Positions 42,629 through 52,471 of a DNA stretch of 64,000 nucleotides are shown piece by piece. Made by a program: the position numbers and the translations under genes. This DNA is from a virus. Each line of letters opens with the position of its first letter. Position 1 is the first letter of the stretch. The notes beneath the pieces are model-generated. The model worked only from the letters and a program-made list of their open reading frames with translations, did no database searches and was not told the DNA's origin. The DNA lies in IMG/VR virus record IMGVR_UViG_3300045988_060114. One strand, given 5' to 3'.

Positions 42629-43576
42629 ATGGAAAGTAAAACGTATGTATTCGGAAACGAAGGCTCAACATCTAGCAATGGGATGCTCGGTCTTCTTGCG
42701 CCTCTGCTCCAGAAGCAGGGTGTTGACCCAAATGTCCTCCTTGCCATGAAGGGTAACAATGGTTTCGGTGGCGAAGGTGGATGGTTCATGTGGGTAATCT
42801 TCCTTTTCTTCCTCATGGGTTGGGGAGGTAACGGCTGGGGAGGTTTCGGCAATAATGGTCGTGGAGGTCTCGCAAACGAGATTAACAATGACTATGGTCG
42901 TGGTCTCCTGATGGATGCCATCGGTGGAAATCGCAATGCGCTCAGTAACCTTGCCACCCAGTTGAACTGCACCGAAGGTCAGATTCAGAGTGCCATTTCT
43001 GCTTTGACCTCTCAGGTACAGAGTGTAGGTAATCAGGTTGGTATGAGCGGTATGCAGACCATCAATGCCTTGCAGCAGGGTAATATGCAGATTGCTCAGC
43101 AGATTGCCAACTGCTGCTGCGAGAACCGCTTGGCTATCTGCCAGCAGACTGGAACCTTGCAGAATGCCATCAACAATGTAGCTACTGGTCAGGAGCGTGG
43201 TTTCGCCAACGTAGCTTACGAGACTCAGAGACAGACTTGTGACTTGCACAACGCTATCAAGGAGAGTACTCAGACCATCGTTGACGGTCAGAAGCAAGCT
43301 GAAATGAGAGAGTTACAGAACAAGATTGATGCTCTTCGTGAAGAGAATAGCACCTTCAAGTCTTCTGCAATGACCTCTCAGATTGTTGGTCAGGCTGTGG
43401 CTCCTATCAATCAGGTATTGGCTGGTTTGCAGAACGAGGTGGCTGGCATCAAGTGCAAGTTGCCTGAGACCGTGACTACTCCTTACAGCCCATTTACTGC
43501 GGTTCCCAACTGCGTGGCTTATCAGGCTGGTTTGTATGGACTGAATGCTGCAAACAATGCAGGATTCTGGGGTTAA
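42629..43576 (+). CDS. Gly-rich membrane/coiled-coil protein (start trimmed to MESKTYVFG)
   Basis: The track start 42563 lies inside the -7 box. Contains the WFMWVIFLFFLMGW TM segment, GNGWGGFGNNGRGG, and Q/N-rich helices. Confidence 0.6.
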   Translation: MESKTYVFGNEGSTSSNGMLGLLAPLLQKQGVDPNVLLAMKGNNGFGGEGGWFMWVIFLFFLMGWGGNGWGGFGNNGRGGLANEINNDYGRGLLMDAIGGNRNALSNLATQLNCTEGQIQSAISALTSQVQSVGNQVGMSGMQTINALQQGNMQIAQQIANCCCENRLAICQQTGTLQNAINNVATGQERGFANVAYETQRQTCDLHNAIKESTQTIVDGQKQAEMRELQNKIDALREENSTFKSSAMTSQIVGQAVAPINQVLAGLQNEVAGIKCKLPETVTTPYSPFTAVPNCVAYQAGLYGLNAANNAGFWG

Positions 43577-43594
43577 TAAGGAAAGGAGGCTGCT

Positions 43595-43939
43595 ATGTTT
43601 TGGTTAAGACCATTTACAAGGGTGAATCGTAATGGTTCGGCAGCTATCGCTTCTACGGGCGTGGTGGTGAATACCGCCAATGTGGTGTTCACCTTTAAAA
43701 ACCACGCCTTCCTGAATGCCAGCTACAGAGGAACGATTTTCGTGAACCTGATGCAGGCTATTCCGACTGGAACGACTGGTACGCTGCCTATCCTTTTCGA
43801 GACCAACGGAGCGACACAGGCTGTGACCAAGTATAATGGCGCACCATTGACGGTTGCAGACGTGCAGGGAACTGGTGTTTATCAGTTTTGGTACGAGAGA
43901 GATACTAACACCCTACAGATGATGTCGGGTATTGTTTAA
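43595..43939 (+). CDS. hypothetical structural-operon protein (114 aa)
   Basis: ORF. Confidence 0.6.
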   Translation: MFWLRPFTRVNRNGSAAIASTGVVVNTANVVFTFKNHAFLNASYRGTIFVNLMQAIPTGTTGTLPILFETNGATQAVTKYNGAPLTVADVQGTGVYQFWYERDTNTLQMMSGIV

Positions 43940-43966
43940 CAAGAATAGATAATAGGAGATTATATT

Positions 43967-44467
43967 ATGTTTCAAGGTTTAAGAACTAATTCTTTATTCT
44001 ATGTGCTCGATAAGGGTGAAAACCCGAACTTGCGAATCGGTCAGGTGGTTTCAGTAAGCAATCCTCAGACGAAATACCCTACCTTTAATAACGGCTTTAC
44101 TCCTCAGCCTATGGAGACCGTAGTGGACGTGAAGGTGAAGCTGGGTGACGAGGAAGTGGATTTCAAGCAACTGCCAGCAAACGGACAGATAGCTAACGAC
44201 AAGAACCTTGTTGTTAGCGACAACAAGGATGCCATGAGTGCAGAGGTGGATGCCATGCTGAGACAATCCAAGGCGATACTGGAGAGCGTAGATTACAACA
44301 AGAGGGTAGTAGAATCTTGTGAGGGAATGCTACAGCAACTCAACCCCCAGATAGCCAAGGAGAAGGAACAGACCGAGAAAATCAATAAACTGGAAGGTAA
44401 GGTTTCAGGTATTGAGGGAAAGATTGACAAGATGATGGGATGGCTCCAGCAGACCATGAGCAAGTAA
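43967..44467 (+). CDS. hypothetical protein (166 aa)
   Basis: ORF. Confidence 0.6.
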   Translation: MFQGLRTNSLFYVLDKGENPNLRIGQVVSVSNPQTKYPTFNNGFTPQPMETVVDVKVKLGDEEVDFKQLPANGQIANDKNLVVSDNKDAMSAEVDAMLRQSKAILESVDYNKRVVESCEGMLQQLNPQIAKEKEQTEKINKLEGKVSGIEGKIDKMMGWLQQTMSK

Positions 44468-44498
44468 TCTCCTATCTATCTATTCATTTTAATATCTT

Positions 44499-44786
44499 AT
44501 GATTATGGTAATGATTGAGATTACAGAAGATAAGTTCGATGATTTGTATGACAACATCGAATCCATGCTTGGTTTTGGCAGCAAGGCTATGTCTTGTCTG
44601 AAAAAGATGAAGCAGGAGCGTATGGGTGAGCGTATGCCTGATTATCGTGACGATTGGAGAAGAGAGCGTGAGGAACGTGAAGAGCGTGAGAACAGACGTA
44701 GATTCAACAACGTGAACGATGATTGGAACTACCCGAACCGCTATGGTGAAAGAGGTGGTGGCGGCTACAATGGTGGCGGTCGCTAG
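44499..44786 (+). CDS. R/E-rich, Gly-tailed small protein (95 aa)
   Basis: ORF with RREREEREERENRRR low complexity. Confidence 0.5.
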   Translation: MIMVMIEITEDKFDDLYDNIESMLGFGSKAMSCLKKMKQERMGERMPDYRDDWRREREEREERENRRRFNNVNDDWNYPNRYGERGGGGYNGGGR

Positions 44787-44802
44787 TGTTTAACTTGGGA
44801 GT

Positions 44803-45282
44803 TTGGGTAGTGACATTTATGTCGGAACCAGACTCCCTTTAATATTCAGCAATATGGGAAAATGCAGAATGCCATTGGATATGTATGACCTCAAACCTGA
44901 GGGAATGGTTTCTTATCTCAGATACAATGGCTATCATTTCAGCAAGAAGATGTGCGAGTGGGCGGTGAGCCTGATGTACAAGTATGACCCTTCCTCCAAG
45001 CGTGATGTAAGTGTTTCGTTTTGGGATAAGGAGAAGGTGGATGCCTTGCTGCTTGGTCAGGGAATTGAGGTAAAGAATAAGATAGGCTACGACCATGTAT
45101 ATGTGGCGAATATGGCGAGGGCAGACTTCTACAAGTCTTCCATCAAGGATGAGGAGCAGCTAGCCCAGTTTATCAAGGATATGGTGGATGATGCCGACCA
45201 GAAGGATGGCTTTATCTTCAACCGATTCTATGCCGACTGCTGCCATAATGGTGTGCCTATTCCTTGGGAAGATGTGTTATGA
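44803..45282 (+). CDS. hypothetical protein (159 aa; start uncertain)
   Basis: ORF. Confidence 0.55.
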   Translation: MGSDIYVGTRLPLIFSNMGKCRMPLDMYDLKPEGMVSYLRYNGYHFSKKMCEWAVSLMYKYDPSSKRDVSVSFWDKEKVDALLLGQGIEVKNKIGYDHVYVANMARADFYKSSIKDEEQLAQFIKDMVDDADQKDGFIFNRFYADCCHNGVPIPWEDVL

Positions 45283-45659
45283 TGAGAAGAGTGATTAAAC
45301 TCCCGAAGTACGATTGGAGCATAGTATGTTTCATAGGTTATCAGCAACCTGATGCCGATGAGATATGCCATGCTCTTTCGGATATTGGCTGCAACGGAAA
45401 TCCTTTGTCGGAAGCCTATAAACATCTGTCTTTATCGAGTGGAGATAGGGGACTTACCTATTCCAACCTAGCTGAAAGAAGGAGTGTGCTTGCCATTGGT
45501 GAGTGTGAATCTGATGGCAGCATCATCAATACAATAGGTCATGAGCTTCTTCATGTTGTAGCGCATATCTGTGAGCAGGATGGAATTGATATGCTGAGCG
45601 AGGAACCATGTTATATGATGGGGAGTTTGTGCGAGAAGTTCTTTGATGTTTACTATTAA
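45264..45659 (+). CDS. small HExxH (zincin-like) protein, paralog of 4661..5047
   Basis: TIGHELLHVVAHICEQDGIDMLSEEPCYMMGSL. Confidence 0.6.
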   Translation: MGRCVMMRRVIKLPKYDWSIVCFIGYQQPDADEICHALSDIGCNGNPLSEAYKHLSLSSGDRGLTYSNLAERRSVLAIGECESDGSIINTIGHELLHVVAHICEQDGIDMLSEEPCYMMGSLCEKFFDVYY

Positions 45660-45706
45660 TATTTGATACATTGAAGTTACCTTTTCTATACAAGAATAGG
45701 GTGAGT

Positions 45707-45733
45707 TTATCCTCACCCTATTTAATGTTTGCA
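45707..45733. terminator. bidirectional terminator hairpin
   Basis: TAGGGTGAG-TTTATC-CTCACCCTA followed by TTT. Lies between convergent genes. Confidence 0.6.
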
Positions 45734-45735
45734 TA

Positions 45736-46791
45736 TTAATCTAAGTCATCAAATCCAATAAACAATTCTTCATTAACTCTGGGATATACTTTATTTAAAG
45801 TATTTTTAAATTTAACCCAATCATAATCTGATGCAACAACTAAAGCATGAATCGAGAAAAGATATTCTTTAAGTTTTGGAAGACCTTCATCACGGCTAAG
45901 AAATTGATGGAATTTCTTAGAACGATTACCATTGGCATTTTTTGGATTTAACCTTTCCAATTCTGGCATGATAGGAGCAATTCTGTCATAAACAATATCT
46001 CTTATCCATTGACCTATTACTCCAGGTCTTTTTGAAGTATCTTGCCAACTCCATCCTCTCATTTTGTAGATGTCCTCAAAGAATCTATCGTCAAAGGTTT
46101 TTACCCATTTCGCAGCTTCCTGCTGCAAGAAATTATTCAAGAACTTTTGAAGTTCATCCTTTGCTCTATCCTTTGCTTTATCATATCCTGTTGCTGCATC
46201 AACCAAAGCTATAATACCAACTCTAGCAAATGCACGCATAAGAATTTCACATTGTGCAGCAATAATCTCTTGTCTTGAAGATAAAGTTATATGCTTACGA
46301 GCTTCAAGAAAAGCATCACAAATATCAGCCAAAGCATCTGCCTTATAACCATTAATTACAGCATTTCCATCTGTACATTTTATAGGGTCTAGTTGGCCTC
46401 CATCTAAATACCTGTCAATGAATGGTTTAAGTGTTTTTTGAGTAAGGTATCTGGTCAGTCTTGTTCCTGATGGATTAACTTCGTTTTCATCAATCATCTT
46501 TAATGACCTTTGCATTTCAGAACCAGAAATTACTCTAGTTCCATCTTCTAAAACATAACATGGTATTTTGAGACCATTCAAATCTAATTCACCACGATAT
46601 TTTACAGTTCTATCCTTATAGTAAAGGTCACAAACCTGAACATCTAATATCTTCGCTATTTTTTGCATTGTTGTTTTTGATGTCGTTCCATTTACTATTT
46701 TACTAACTGCAACGTCAGTCATACCAAGTTTATCAGCCAATTCTTTTTGACTCATACCCTTCTCCTTTAATAATTCTTTAATTCTATTCAT
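45736..46791 (-). CDS. XRE-type HTH fused to a P63C domain
   Basis: N-terminal MSQKELADKLGMTDVAVSKIVNG. The C-terminal DAATGYDKAKDRAKDELQKFLNNFLQQEAAKWVKTFDDRFFEDIYKMRGW is typical of P63C. Confidence 0.7.
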   Translation of the reverse strand: MNRIKELLKEKGMSQKELADKLGMTDVAVSKIVNGTTSKTTMQKIAKILDVQVCDLYYKDRTVKYRGELDLNGLKIPCYVLEDGTRVISGSEMQRSLKMIDENEVNPSGTRLTRYLTQKTLKPFIDRYLDGGQLDPIKCTDGNAVINGYKADALADICDAFLEARKHITLSSRQEIIAAQCEILMRAFARVGIIALVDAATGYDKAKDRAKDELQKFLNNFLQQEAAKWVKTFDDRFFEDIYKMRGWSWQDTSKRPGVIGQWIRDIVYDRIAPIMPELERLNPKNANGNRSKKFHQFLSRDEGLPKLKEYLFSIHALVVASDYDWVKFKNTLNKVYPRVNEELFIGFDDLD

Positions 46792-46879
46792 ATTATAGAT
46801 AATTTAATTTTTGATGCAAATATACTGCAAATATTTTAATTTTCATACTTTATATTAAAATTTTAAATTAAATTAACCA

Positions 46880-46915
46880 TAAACAAATAAAGGGTGAATC
46901 ATTTGACTCACCCTT
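46880..46915 (-). terminator. rho-independent terminator (minus strand)
   Basis: AAGGGTGA-N10-TCACCCTT stem at 46890-46915. On the minus strand it is followed by a T-rich tract. Confidence 0.5.
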
Positions 46916-46933
46916 CTTCTTTATCTATATGGT

Positions 46934-47131
46934 TTACTCCCCAAACTTTGGCTCCTCATACACCAAGTTGTGCTCATCTACGTAAGCCTTAGCTTCTTGG
47001 TATGTGTCAAACTCTACTGCGGTGGCATTAACTGCTGGGAATACCTCAGCATTATCACCTTCTTCTGTGAGAGGGAACACCATCTTGGTTCCCTCATGTA
47101 CTACCTTATACTTCTTTGTTAACTTATTCAT
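46934..47131 (-). CDS. hypothetical protein (65 aa)
   Basis: ORF at the end of the fibre operon. Confidence 0.5.
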   Translation of the reverse strand: MNKLTKKYKVVHEGTKMVFPLTEEGDNAEVFPAVNATAVEFDTYQEAKAYVDEHNLVYEEPKFGE

Positions 47132-47171
47132 ATCTTGTTTCCTTTCTTTTTAATGTTAAACTTACAATATC

Positions 47172-48182
47172 TTATGCAGAAATAATTGAGACAGTGTAAC
47201 CCTTGGACTGCAATGTTGATACAGCTGCATCAGATGCAGAAGTGCGGTTTCCTGCAACCGAGATAGTTTTGTACCATGTTGAATCATTTAATTTGAAGCC
47301 AACCTGACACTGTGCTTGGTCTTGCAACATCTTATCAATGTTGGTTACACTTGCATTTCCTTCGATTGCAATGATTTTAGCAGTAGATAGACGATTACTC
47401 CATGTAAATACTGAACCTTTGCCTGTACCAAATGAAGCAAATCGGCAGGAAGCAGGAAGAGTTGCAAGGTCTCCAATCAGTTTACTGTACTTAAAGTTCA
47501 TTTCAGTACACTTTGACAGAGTACTTAATTCACTTATGTTTCCAGTCAGAGGTATTTTAGCATTATACAAATTCAGATAGGTCAAAGCGGTTAATGTCTT
47601 CAATTCACTGATATTACCACTTATTTGAGTATTATACAAACTCAGATTAGTCAAAGCGGTTAATGTCTTTAAATCACCAATATTACCGCTTACTTGAGTG
47701 TTAGCCAAACTCAGATTAGTCAAAGCGGTTAATGTCTTTAAATCACCAATATTACCGCTTACTTGAGTGTTAGCCAAATTCAAGTCGGTCAGAGCAGCAG
47801 AGTATTTTAAATCTGAAATATTTAATTTTATATTATTCCCATATACGTCAGATGCTTCTCCTTGATAAGAACTTGTTATAGCGGTTAAACTATATTTGTT
47901 TAATATAGCAATTTCAATATCTTTATCACCATTTACCCAAACACTGTTAATTCCAGCGTTTAAAGTAATTCTCTTACCTTTATTTTCTGAAAGTGTTTTG
48001 TCGGTGAAATATCCATCACTTACAATTTCCAAAGTTACAGGTTTATTACTCCCCAGTGAAAAACCTTGCGTATGGTCAGTAGGGTTTTGTACCTTTAGAA
48101 TTTTCATACGCATTTCACCCAATCTCAGTAGCTCTGAATTATTAGAGCTACCATTAAGTTTTGTTACCAAACATTTGTTCAT
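47172..48182 (-). CDS. leucine-rich-repeat (BspA-like, 23-residue LRR) tail-associated protein
   Basis: LTALTNLSLANTQVSGNIGDLKT repeated, with degenerate flanking LRRs. Confidence 0.75.
   Translation of the reverse strand: MNKCLVTKLNGSSNNSELLRLGEMRMKILKVQNPTDHTQGFSLGSNKPVTLEIVSDGYFTDKTLSENKGKRITLNAGINSVWVNGDKDIEIAILNKYSLTAITSSYQGEASDVYGNNIKLNISDLKYSAALTDLNLANTQVSGNIGDLKTLTALTNLSLANTQVSGNIGDLKTLTALTNLSLYNTQISGNISELKTLTALTYLNLYNAKIPLTGNISELSTLSKCTEMNFKYSKLIGDLATLPASCRFASFGTGKGSVFTWSNRLSTAKIIAIEGNASVTNIDKMLQDQAQCQVGFKLNDSTWYKTISVAGNRTSASDAAVSTLQSKGYTVSIISA
47581..47787 (-). repeat. 3 x 69-bp tandem repeats (coding LRR units); copies 2 and 3 nearly identical
   Basis: Units start at 47581, 47650 and 47719. 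Copies 2 and 3 are identical over about the first 58 nt. Confidence 0.85.
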
Positions 48183-48205
48183 AATTTATAATATTTATAT
48201 TGTTA

Positions 48206-51200
48206 TTAATTGTTTCTTGTATAGCTATATACTTTATCCATGTTGGCAGTATTCTGCTCTATCCATTTCTGCACTCTATATATATTATCACAGTGTTTAA
48301 ATTCACTGATAGGAGAATAGGCACTAACAGTATGTGGAGTATTTGCAGATAAAGCAGATGTTGCTTTTATACACTTGTACTTGAAATAACCCATCTGTTC
48401 ATTAAGACCAAATGAAACTACATCACCTACGTTGTATGCATGTGCTGCATCGAATGTCTCTGATGTATCTGTCTGAGGATTTCCACTATCATCAAAAACA
48501 GATTCCCAATATTCACTTCGCACAATGCTATCTTCAATACATGGAGAATCAGACCATTTCTTGTATTCCTCTTTGAAGAAGTCTGTACCAATACGCATAC
48601 ACCAATCTTGGAGATGAGAGAAAATGTTATCAGCAGATGCAATGCCTAAATCTGCAAGATACTTGTAGCGAGCATTAAGTTCTGTGGTATAATACTTCAC
48701 GATATATCCGTTAGGCATGTAAGTAGAAGTACTTAAATGATTACTAAGTACATCTGTTATCTGATTACCTTTGAAATGACCACCAAATGACACATCACAA
48801 TCATAGATACCTACCCACCATTTTACTCCATCATAAGTGAACCATTGCCAGTTTTTGGAGAAGCCATCAGCGTTTTTAATCAGGTCTGATACTATGATAT
48901 AATCAATAAGATTTTCTGCGTCATAGTACTTTTCAAACACTGCCTTGAATGCTTTCAAATCCTCCTCTGTTTTGCTCGATGACTCATAAGTAGATGCAGC
49001 AGTCTTAATGATATTAATAGTATTTGCGAAGTCTTGAATATACTTTTTGACCTTGGCAGTAATTTGCAAGTTCTTTTTAATCTTTGAAGAAATGGCAGTG
49101 CCATCAGGAAGTTGTCCTGCTGTTATCCAAGTATTTACTTCATCTTCGCCTGCAATCTCCTCTTGCTTAATATCTGCATCATATTTATTACCACCTATGG
49201 CATAGAGATTTTTAGGATTGCGTACCTCAAATCCATTATCACCAGTACCCCATACTATAGTACCATTCCAAAGAATGTTATAATTTATAGTGCCATCAAG
49301 ATGAACATGTTCTGCGGTTGATTTATCCATGTGGTAATTATCACGATGTTTCTTTAACTGAAATGAGAAGATACCATAGAACTCTCCATTAAGATATACT
49401 GCAACTGGGAAGCCATCAGGAAAACAACGTGCTCCTGTATCTGTAAGGAGTTCATAATCTCCTACATACGGATTGCCAAGGCTCTTTGTTGTAGTTCCTA
49501 TTTTTGACATATTAAGTAATGCCTTCTTCCAAGGTCTATCATACATATTTCCCCTTGTACGTACAATCTGGTCATATAACTTGTAAGACACAGCACAAAC
49601 ACCACGGAAGAAGTCAGTATAATATGCCTTCATGTGAAAACTGTCTTGTGGAACCCAATTTCCAATTCTTACCTTTGGAGTATCATCACCAACCCATTCA
49701 TCGTCACAAAAATCAATAGCTACATTCTTTTTTACAAACGACATAGACGAGTTTCCTTGTGCATTAAGGATAGCATGTTTCTTGAAATAATTACCTTGCA
49801 TATCCCAAAACTCCAAGAATGCCTTCTTGTTCTGAGTCTTGGTGGTAGGCATGGAATCAATATTAGAGACATTAATGATAGCAAAGCGAGGCTCTGGTAT
49901 CTGGATGAAACTGCTTTCACTCCAATCAATAGGCGTTTTAACATCAAAACCATTTGCTTTCAAAGCATCTTGGATATTGTTCACACTATTACCTTGGAGA
50001 TTGAGATTTGACACATCAAGGTTTGTAATTTCCATATCGTGCTCATGCTTTTTTCCATCAGCATCACGATATGACATGACTTTATCCTCTCCATCAGTTG
50101 TAATTTCCGTTCTACCCTCAGGGTCTTCAATATGCTCAAACTCTGTAGGAATAGTCTCAGACTTGGCATTATGAATATAGTGACTACCATCATTATAAGT
50201 AGCAGAAAGAACCCTTCCATCTGCATCTTTCTCTACTGCAAGATATTCAGGATTCTCATGCAAAGAGAAAACGTCAAGAAGTTCTTTGAGGTTGGTATCT
50301 ATTGTACCTACCTTCTCCTGCAACGATGCAAGGTCTGATTGAAGCTGAGAGATAACTTGCTTCAAGGCATTGACAGCATGGATTTCACCAATGATTTCTC
50401 CGTCTCTTCTAAGACCAAGAACTACCTTATCATCAGTATCAAGCCAAGCAGCAAAGTATTCCTCATTCTGAATGACATGATACATTTCATTGAGAGGATA
50501 ATATGGCTCACCAGATTCTCTGTAGAAACCAAACAGAACCTTATCATTAGAATCCACTATAGCTTTAAGGAACTCTTCGTTCTCAATTACTCTAAAGCAT
50601 TCCTTTACTTCATCTTCAATGAGAGACTTGCCTTCCTCTTTATCTACCTTACCTTCCTGCAATGCTGTGATGCTTGCAGATAATTCTCCCTTGACAGCAT
50701 TAATAGCTTCAAGAACATCTGTCTTATCCTGCTGGCACTGGTTAATAATTTCCTGCAATTTGGCTCTGATTGGTGCAGGAATACCCTTGCCCCACTCAAT
50801 GGAACCATCAAGCTGAATGCCTAATAAGAAGTGGTCTTCTGCATCTACTATTGCCTTGATGAACTCAGGAGACTCAATTTCACGGAATGGAAGGGAAAAC
50901 TGGGAGACTACCTTGTCCTTTGAATCACCGAACTCATGGGCAATATTATCCTTGTCGAACTTCTTATCAAGTTCTGTAGCTACCTCTGACTTCTCTGCCT
51001 TGGCTTCAATGATAGCATCTTGCGCCTTGTTTTTAGCAGCAAGTTCATCAATGGCTCCTTGGGCAGTGATTGCGGTCATACCACTAGTCTCATTATTATA
51101 AGAGACAGCATTGGCTGTAGATGCTCCACCTGAGACGGTGATGTCTTTGATAGCATCCTCCAACTGATGTGTTTTTTCACCTATCTGTTGCAAGTTCTCT

Positions 51201-51289
51201 TGGTCTCCATCAAGAAACACTTGCTTAGCAGAGGCAATCTTACCCTTCTTGGTTTTGGCTAGAAGCTCGTCTGTTAAATTTATACTCAT
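48206..51289 (-). CDS. large tail fibre/spike protein with a CotH-like C-terminal region
   Basis: N-terminal coiled coil. Five repeats of an E[FY].KAIVD..DK[VL]L.G...DG motif. AILNAQGNSSMSFVKKNVAIDF resembles the CotH RGNSS..F.KKS motif. Confidence 0.65.
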   Translation of the reverse strand: MSINLTDELLAKTKKGKIASAKQVFLDGDQENLQQIGEKTHQLEDAIKDITVSGGASTANAVSYNNETSGMTAITAQGAIDELAAKNKAQDAIIEAKAEKSEVATELDKKFDKDNIAHEFGDSKDKVVSQFSLPFREIESPEFIKAIVDAEDHFLLGIQLDGSIEWGKGIPAPIRAKLQEIINQCQQDKTDVLEAINAVKGELSASITALQEGKVDKEEGKSLIEDEVKECFRVIENEEFLKAIVDSNDKVLFGFYRESGEPYYPLNEMYHVIQNEEYFAAWLDTDDKVVLGLRRDGEIIGEIHAVNALKQVISQLQSDLASLQEKVGTIDTNLKELLDVFSLHENPEYLAVEKDADGRVLSATYNDGSHYIHNAKSETIPTEFEHIEDPEGRTEITTDGEDKVMSYRDADGKKHEHDMEITNLDVSNLNLQGNSVNNIQDALKANGFDVKTPIDWSESSFIQIPEPRFAIINVSNIDSMPTTKTQNKKAFLEFWDMQGNYFKKHAILNAQGNSSMSFVKKNVAIDFCDDEWVGDDTPKVRIGNWVPQDSFHMKAYYTDFFRGVCAVSYKLYDQIVRTRGNMYDRPWKKALLNMSKIGTTTKSLGNPYVGDYELLTDTGARCFPDGFPVAVYLNGEFYGIFSFQLKKHRDNYHMDKSTAEHVHLDGTINYNILWNGTIVWGTGDNGFEVRNPKNLYAIGGNKYDADIKQEEIAGEDEVNTWITAGQLPDGTAISSKIKKNLQITAKVKKYIQDFANTINIIKTAASTYESSSKTEEDLKAFKAVFEKYYDAENLIDYIIVSDLIKNADGFSKNWQWFTYDGVKWWVGIYDCDVSFGGHFKGNQITDVLSNHLSTSTYMPNGYIVKYYTTELNARYKYLADLGIASADNIFSHLQDWCMRIGTDFFKEEYKKWSDSPCIEDSIVRSEYWESVFDDSGNPQTDTSETFDAAHAYNVGDVVSFGLNEQMGYFKYKCIKATSALSANTPHTVSAYSPISEFKHCDNIYRVQKWIEQNTANMDKVYSYTRNN

Positions 51290-51309
51290 ATTATATAATC
51301 TTTATACGT

Positions 51310-52470
51310 TTATGATATTACTAAATTCCATGTAGCTGCGGTGAGAGGATTGGCTGTTCTGTATGCCTTGAAACTGCCTAGATTATTTGTGATAGTCTGA
51401 GGAGCAGCAAGAGTTACATCGAATCCTGCACTGGTTACACGGGTGATTGAGAGATAACTAGGTACTACTAGCCAGATGTAATCATTATCCTTGGTAGTTA
51501 CTTTTGGGTTGAATGATTCTCCTGTAGCTGATACCTTGTTGAGCGTATTGAGGATTTCTGCGGTCATGGTGGATGCTGGGTTCCCTCCAAAGTAGCAGAT
51601 ATAGCGAGTCTGTGATGTACTCTTGCCAGTTCTGCCTTTCTTGGTTACTGCAAACTTGAAGATTTCTCTTGCTCCTTCGATTGGGGTGGATAGGGTTCCA
51701 CCTGATGATGGAGTGGTTGAGATATTCTTTGCGGCATTGTCGTTAATCTGCTTACTGATGATGGAAGTATCAGGTACAAGGGGCTTGTTGTCGCTTGAAA
51801 CAGAATAGCGAACCTCTGTCTGCATCGTACCTACATTCGGGGTGATGGTGAAGCCTAAGATGATTGGATATACCGTATCATTCAGCTTGGCTAGATTCTC
51901 GTCAACGTTCTGAATCATTTCTACAAGTTCATCAGGAAGACCAGTTGCAGATTCTATAGTCTTACGAAGTTCAGGGTCTAGTTTGTCCTTTTTCAACGTA
52001 CCATCTGCAATCTTATCGTTGGTGATAGACTTTCTTGCAATCTTTTCTGTTGTTACAGACTCGTTGGCAAAATGCTTTGATTCCAAGGATTTCTCACGAA
52101 CCACTCTACCATCAACTGACTGGTCACCAAGTTTCTGGTTAGTGACAGCCTTTTCCTCAACCTTCTCGGTAGTTACGGCTCCATTCTGAATCTTTTCTGT
52201 GATAACAGCATCGTTCTGAATCTTGTCGTAAGAAACCGAATCCTGAGATAGTTTGGAATTATCTACAGAGTGTTCAGCCAACTTCTCTGTAGTAACGGCT
52301 TTGTCGGCAATCTGCGTAGTTCCGAGTTGGTCTGTCTTGTTAACCTTCTCGTCAAGAAGCTCCTTGGTGGATTTGCCTGAACCTTCATCCTTGATATATC
52401 TAGTATATGTCAAGGTCTCATCGGCAGTTCCGCTTACGAGCGTGTTGTTGTATATTACTTCTTTTGCCAT
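51310..52470 (-). CDS. tail fibre protein with 11-residue repeats
   Basis: DKAVTTEKLAEHSVDNSKLSQDSVSYDKIQNDAVITEKIQNGAVTTEKVEEKAVTNQKL... is a fibre-repeat pattern. Confidence 0.7.
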   Translation of the reverse strand: MAKEVIYNNTLVSGTADETLTYTRYIKDEGSGKSTKELLDEKVNKTDQLGTTQIADKAVTTEKLAEHSVDNSKLSQDSVSYDKIQNDAVITEKIQNGAVTTEKVEEKAVTNQKLGDQSVDGRVVREKSLESKHFANESVTTEKIARKSITNDKIADGTLKKDKLDPELRKTIESATGLPDELVEMIQNVDENLAKLNDTVYPIILGFTITPNVGTMQTEVRYSVSSDNKPLVPDTSIISKQINDNAAKNISTTPSSGGTLSTPIEGAREIFKFAVTKKGRTGKSTSQTRYICYFGGNPASTMTAEILNTLNKVSATGESFNPKVTTKDNDYIWLVVPSYLSITRVTSAGFDVTLAAPQTITNNLGSFKAYRTANPLTAATWNLVIS

Positions 52471-52471
52471 A

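Noticed and set aside
47581-47787. Regular 69-bp repeats as a possible CRISPR array or non-coding satellite.
   Set aside because: The units are contiguous with no spacers, are in frame, and encode canonical 23-residue leucine-rich repeats inside a long ORF.
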